Source: Podarcis liolepis (taxonomy: Eukaryota). Taken from it: DNA of 64,000 nt. The stretch lies in NCBI GenBank assembly GCA_965112155.1, contig OZ218104.1; one strand, given 5' to 3'. Positions 60,158-64,000 of this stretch are shown piece after piece. Both the position numbers and the translations under genes were made by a program. Positions within the stretch are counted from its first letter, which is position 1. The number at the start of each line of letters is the position of its first letter. The notes under the pieces were generated by a model that did not search any database, was not told the DNA's origin, and was given only the letters and a program-made list of their open reading frames with translations.

Positions 60158-60936
60158 GTAAATATGAAAAGCCAAGAGTTGTGTTTCAAGGGGCATCCCT
60201 GGAGGGTGTGGAGCAAATTGCCCATGAATATCCTTTGGGCTTCTGTCCAGTTCAACCACACCCAATATTTTATGAAGTATTTGCTCCCAGAAAAGAAAAT
60301 ATTCTCTCCCCCCCCCCACCCTCATTTATTTAATTCAATGTATGGCAGTAGCCCCAATTATTATGATTTCTGTTCTTCCCTTTAAAAAGAAATTTTACCC
60401 AAGGTGACTTAATAATGCATTTATAAGACAATTCCTAAACTCTGCCAGTTCATAAAATATGATGAAAGCATTACCAGATCATAACATTATAACACAAGAA
60501 AATAACAAAGCAATAATAAAGCACAATTTAAAATATATATATTTTTAAAAAATCTGGTGGAAATAAAAACTGTTTAATGCAGCAAATACAATATTATTGA
60601 AAAGAGAGAAAGAGAAACACAAAATAACCCCACCTCCAGCCCTTTCCAGGAGATCCAATCTTTCTAAGAAAAGAGCTGCTGCTCTATCAGGGTGTGAAGC
60701 AGGGAGGAGCTTCTGGTTGGAGCTATTAGCATATATTGGATTAATGCTTTTTAGAGGAGACAGGGAGCTTGAAAATCTGGAAGTCACATAGCATAGGACA
60801 TGTTAATTCTTGGAAATCTCTGTCAACATGGAAGCCAGGTAACCTGGCAGTTCTGTTTGATGGGGCAAGGTGTGTGATGCCTGGATTTTCCTGTGGAAGG
60901 TATATCAATGCATCCTTTATTTTCTTTTGTTCTTAG

Positions 60937-61159
60937 TTTCTACGGCACGGGGCTCATAGCTGGCCATGGCTTCACCAGCCCTGAGCGAACACCTGGCGTC
61001 TTTGTTTTGTTTGATGACGACCGTTTTGGCTTCATCTGGCTGGAGCTGCAGTCTTTTAGTCTCTACAGCCGCATCAAGGACTCCTTCCAGAACGCAGATG
61101 CTCCCTCGCAGGAGGCTTTCGATGAAATGTTGAAGAACATCCAGTTACTTACATCATGA
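60937..61159 (+). CDS. FBXO31: FBXO31 exon 9 (coding part)
   Basis: [22 protein letters not shown]...[11 protein letters not shown]; core CDS sums to 1620 nt = 539 aa (568 aa with exon 2b). Confidence 0.97.
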
Positions 61160-61291
61160 TGGCGGCTTCTTCTGGCAGCTGGAAGGGGGAGGGATTCACG
61201 TTTTCCATCTTGAGGGGCAAAGCACTCATCCTTGGAGCCACGAGAGCTCCAGACGGCATGCACTTATCAAGGAGGCCTTTTTACCAAAATG

Positions 61292-61292
<1 letters not shown>

Positions 61293-61332
<40 letters not shown>
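61293..61332. repeat. (AC)20 microsatellite in the FBXO31 3' UTR
   Basis: Seen directly. Confidence 0.95.
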
Positions 61333-61334
<2 letters not shown>

Positions 61335-61524
61335 CTTAACACACGAATGAAACTTCCACAGTATGTTATGCATAGTTTGCAGCATAGGTCTGTATATTTG
61401 GAGGACAGCTGGCCAAGGTAGTAGCAGCTTAGCATGCTTGCTTTTCCTTCCCTGCCCCCCTGAAGTTTAGTGCTTGAGTGGGGACAAACCAAAACCAGCA
61501 CTTTGCAGACAGTGTAAATAATTT

Positions 61525-61556
61525 TGTGTGTGTGTGTGTGTGTGTATGTGTGTGTG
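61525..61556. repeat. (TG)16 microsatellite with one TA interruption, in the FBXO31 3' UTR
   Basis: Seen directly. Confidence 0.95.
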
Positions 61557-63124
61557 ACACGAGTAGCAGCCACTCGGTATCCTCCGTGAGCCAGGAAGCT
61601 GTTCTCCAACACGGCTCTGTTGCCCTGGGCTTATTTTCTGAACATGCCTCTCTCACTTAAGAATCATGTTAAAAATTGTAATCTGTGGCTAACTGCCATG
61701 AGATTCAGATCCAGGAAGCTTTCCTTTAAATGTGAGAGTTCTGACTGGGCAACTCTGTCTGTGTGAGTGGGGTATGCGGGGAAAGGGAGAGAGACCATGC
61801 AACAAACACAGCCTGGTTGCCTCTTTCCTAACCTTTTCACAGGCTCCTTTGCATTCCTTTCTTTTCCACCTGCTGTAGCAGGAAATTAGGGTACGCAAAG
61901 AGACCTCTGGAGCAGTTGAGTAGGAGGTACCCTTGCTGTATATTCTCTTATTTCCCCCCATGTCTCTGAGCCCATCATGTGACTTGGATAAGAACTTTAT
62001 ATCATTATGTGGCTGCAGGTTCAGGCCTGTTGATATGATGATGATGATTATTTATTTTATTTCTTGAAAAAATTGTAAGTTCCACAACACACTAGATGCT
62101 CTCTCCTGTTCTCTCCCTTTCCATGCCGTTCAGCCACTGTGCCTCTTGTGTGAGGGTTTGACACTGGTGCCCTGGCCTCCTTCTCCTGCTGCTCAGCATT
62201 TGCTTAAGGAGTAGATCCTGTTGACAGAAATCAAGATTGCTGCCACCTTTGGGCACTTTAAGTGGGTCTTGCCAAGTTCTGGCCTTACTTGGGCCCAAGC
62301 CACCTATTCTTGGGAGCTGTAACGTTTTCCCCTTCATGCCATGTATGCACTACAAAATGCAACTAAAACCCGGTGCCCTCATTCCGGTTTGCACCCTCTA
62401 CAAGCCTTATGAGAAGCTGTGTGATTCTCGTGCAATTCTAGGATTTGTTCTGTAATTTCCCTTTACTCTACCTAGGGATCCTTCATGGGAACAACCTCCT
62501 TTTAAGCAGCTGGAGCTTGCAAATATATGTCTAATTTGCAGAATCTTTGTATTTCTTGCTTTCTTTCTCCTTTGCCCTCTGCCCCACCATTACAGTTTTG
62601 GAAAGCTTTTCAGCTCTTCTTAACACCCATCCTCTGCAAAATATTCAAGTCCTTCAGCCGCCTGGAAGGGAAGATGAGAAAGAAGAATGACCAACCACCA
62701 TATTCCCATGAAATCGCCACAGAGAGTGTCCAAAACGGACAACTCAGACCTTGAAGGAGCAATACATCAACCACTGCACTCTCTTACCATACCACTTCTT
62801 CTGGAGTCCTCTTGGGTATCTTTGGAAGATGCTCCAGCAGAAATCCCTTGGGTATCCCTAATCATAGGATTACAGGAACTATAACATGAACAACAAAAAC
62901 TATCTTTCCATGCCCATTGTTGAGGTTTATCCACTGGGAGGGAAGAATCTGCTCTTAGCTTTTTTGCAGCATTGTAATCACTGTATATAATGCATGTCTA
63001 ATTGCTGTAGCATTACAAAGGGAGAATTGTAATCTTTCTGTATGAGCAAGGAGGGTGCTTGGGCAGGTCTAACATAGCCCTTTCTCGGGGGAGATGCTTC
63101 TTCATTTCCTACAGCACCAACAGC

Positions 63125-63130
63125 AATAAA
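63125..63130 (+). terminator. Candidate FBXO31 poly(A) signal (AATAAA)
   Basis: Canonical hexamer about 2 kb after the stop, preceded by several TGTA motifs. Confidence 0.55.
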
Positions 63131-64000
63131 TCCATTATTTGTAGTATCAGGGTCTCAAAGCTACACTGGAGCCATATTTAAACTCATGAATTCAATCCAC
63201 TGATGAGAAGAGGATGAAAGGGATGTTGAGGTCTGGACCGTGGGGGGGGGGGGTGTCGCAAGTGGTAAGGAGAGAAGAGAAAGCCAGATCTTGCTGGAAA
63301 CAGGTAAAAGCTTTCATGGACAATGCATGAAGCAGGTAGCCAGGTCTGGGGAAACACAAGAGGAAGGTGAAAAAGCATGGAAAGCCTCAAGGGACAAGGC
63401 TAGAATTCTTGAGATCTTCATATCAGTGCAGAAGGGAATCTGCATGCAGATTAGAGACCGCTGAACATGCAGGTTGGCTGCAAGAGGTTTTTATATACTC
63501 TGTGCAGGCTTGGTAGGGAGCAGGCATTGGCTGTAGAGACAGAAACATGTGCTCTGCGAGGGCGTGGAGAAAAAACCTCTGTCTTCTTCCATAGGCTGAA
63601 TTGCCCATGAGTCCTGGTTTCTTGTAAACTTTCTTCACTCCTTTTCAACATTCTGTCTGTCCTCTGCACTTCTTTAGAGGTTTGCTTGTGCAAAAGGAAC
63701 AGGACTGGGTAATGTGAAGCACAAGACGAGATTACTGGGAGGTGTGAAAATGATTTGCTTGAAACCAGAAAGTGTCTTCCAAACTTTGTAGCAGAAATAC
63801 AAATTGGTTGAATTTCAGCAAGTTGTACAAGTGGTGAGGAAGGTGTGGGTGTGTTTGCTTGCCTCCCGTAGCTGCCCTGTTAATTCACATTATAAATGAG
63901 CACCAATCCTGATTAAGGATTGTTAATGATGTGTTGCAGTTGTGCTGTTATTGATCAACCCAGGCATGACTACTAAGCTGCTCTTACAGTATGTGTGCAG

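Overview
Vertebrate genomic DNA, most likely from a lacertid lizard (inferred from a Sauria/POM-type SINE, Squam-type SINEs and BovB). It carries the gene order known from human 16q24.2. On the + strand is the 3' part of ZCCHC14 (11 coding exons, 9983-21487; exons 1-2 not found and probably upstream). On the - strand is a complete MAP1LC3B (4 exons, 124 aa, ATG at 31793), tail-to-tail with ZCCHC14. An elongator tRNA-Met(CAT) lies at 37328-37400, followed by a complete FBXO31 on + (9 core exons, 539 aa, 38595-61159). Introns and the intergenic gap hold BovB/RTE, L1, L2, CR1 and Penelope fragments, SINEs, hAT and Tc1/pogo MITEs with target-site duplications, and a solo LTR. The most notable observations: an 87-nt in-frame FBXO31 cassette exon resembling a duplicate of exon 2; a CAGGU (CNGGN) stem-loop in ZCCHC14's own 3' UTR; an intact-core minimal hammerhead motif in FBXO31 intron 1; a 34-bp fold-back hairpin with a microsatellite loop; an inverted BovB insertion with a hairpin junction; two stop-free in-frame ZCCHC14 introns; mirror-image poly(A) signals between convergent genes; and three miR-204/211 seed sites in the MAP1LC3B 3' UTR. 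Gene identities and exon numbers come from recalled human homologues, not database searches.
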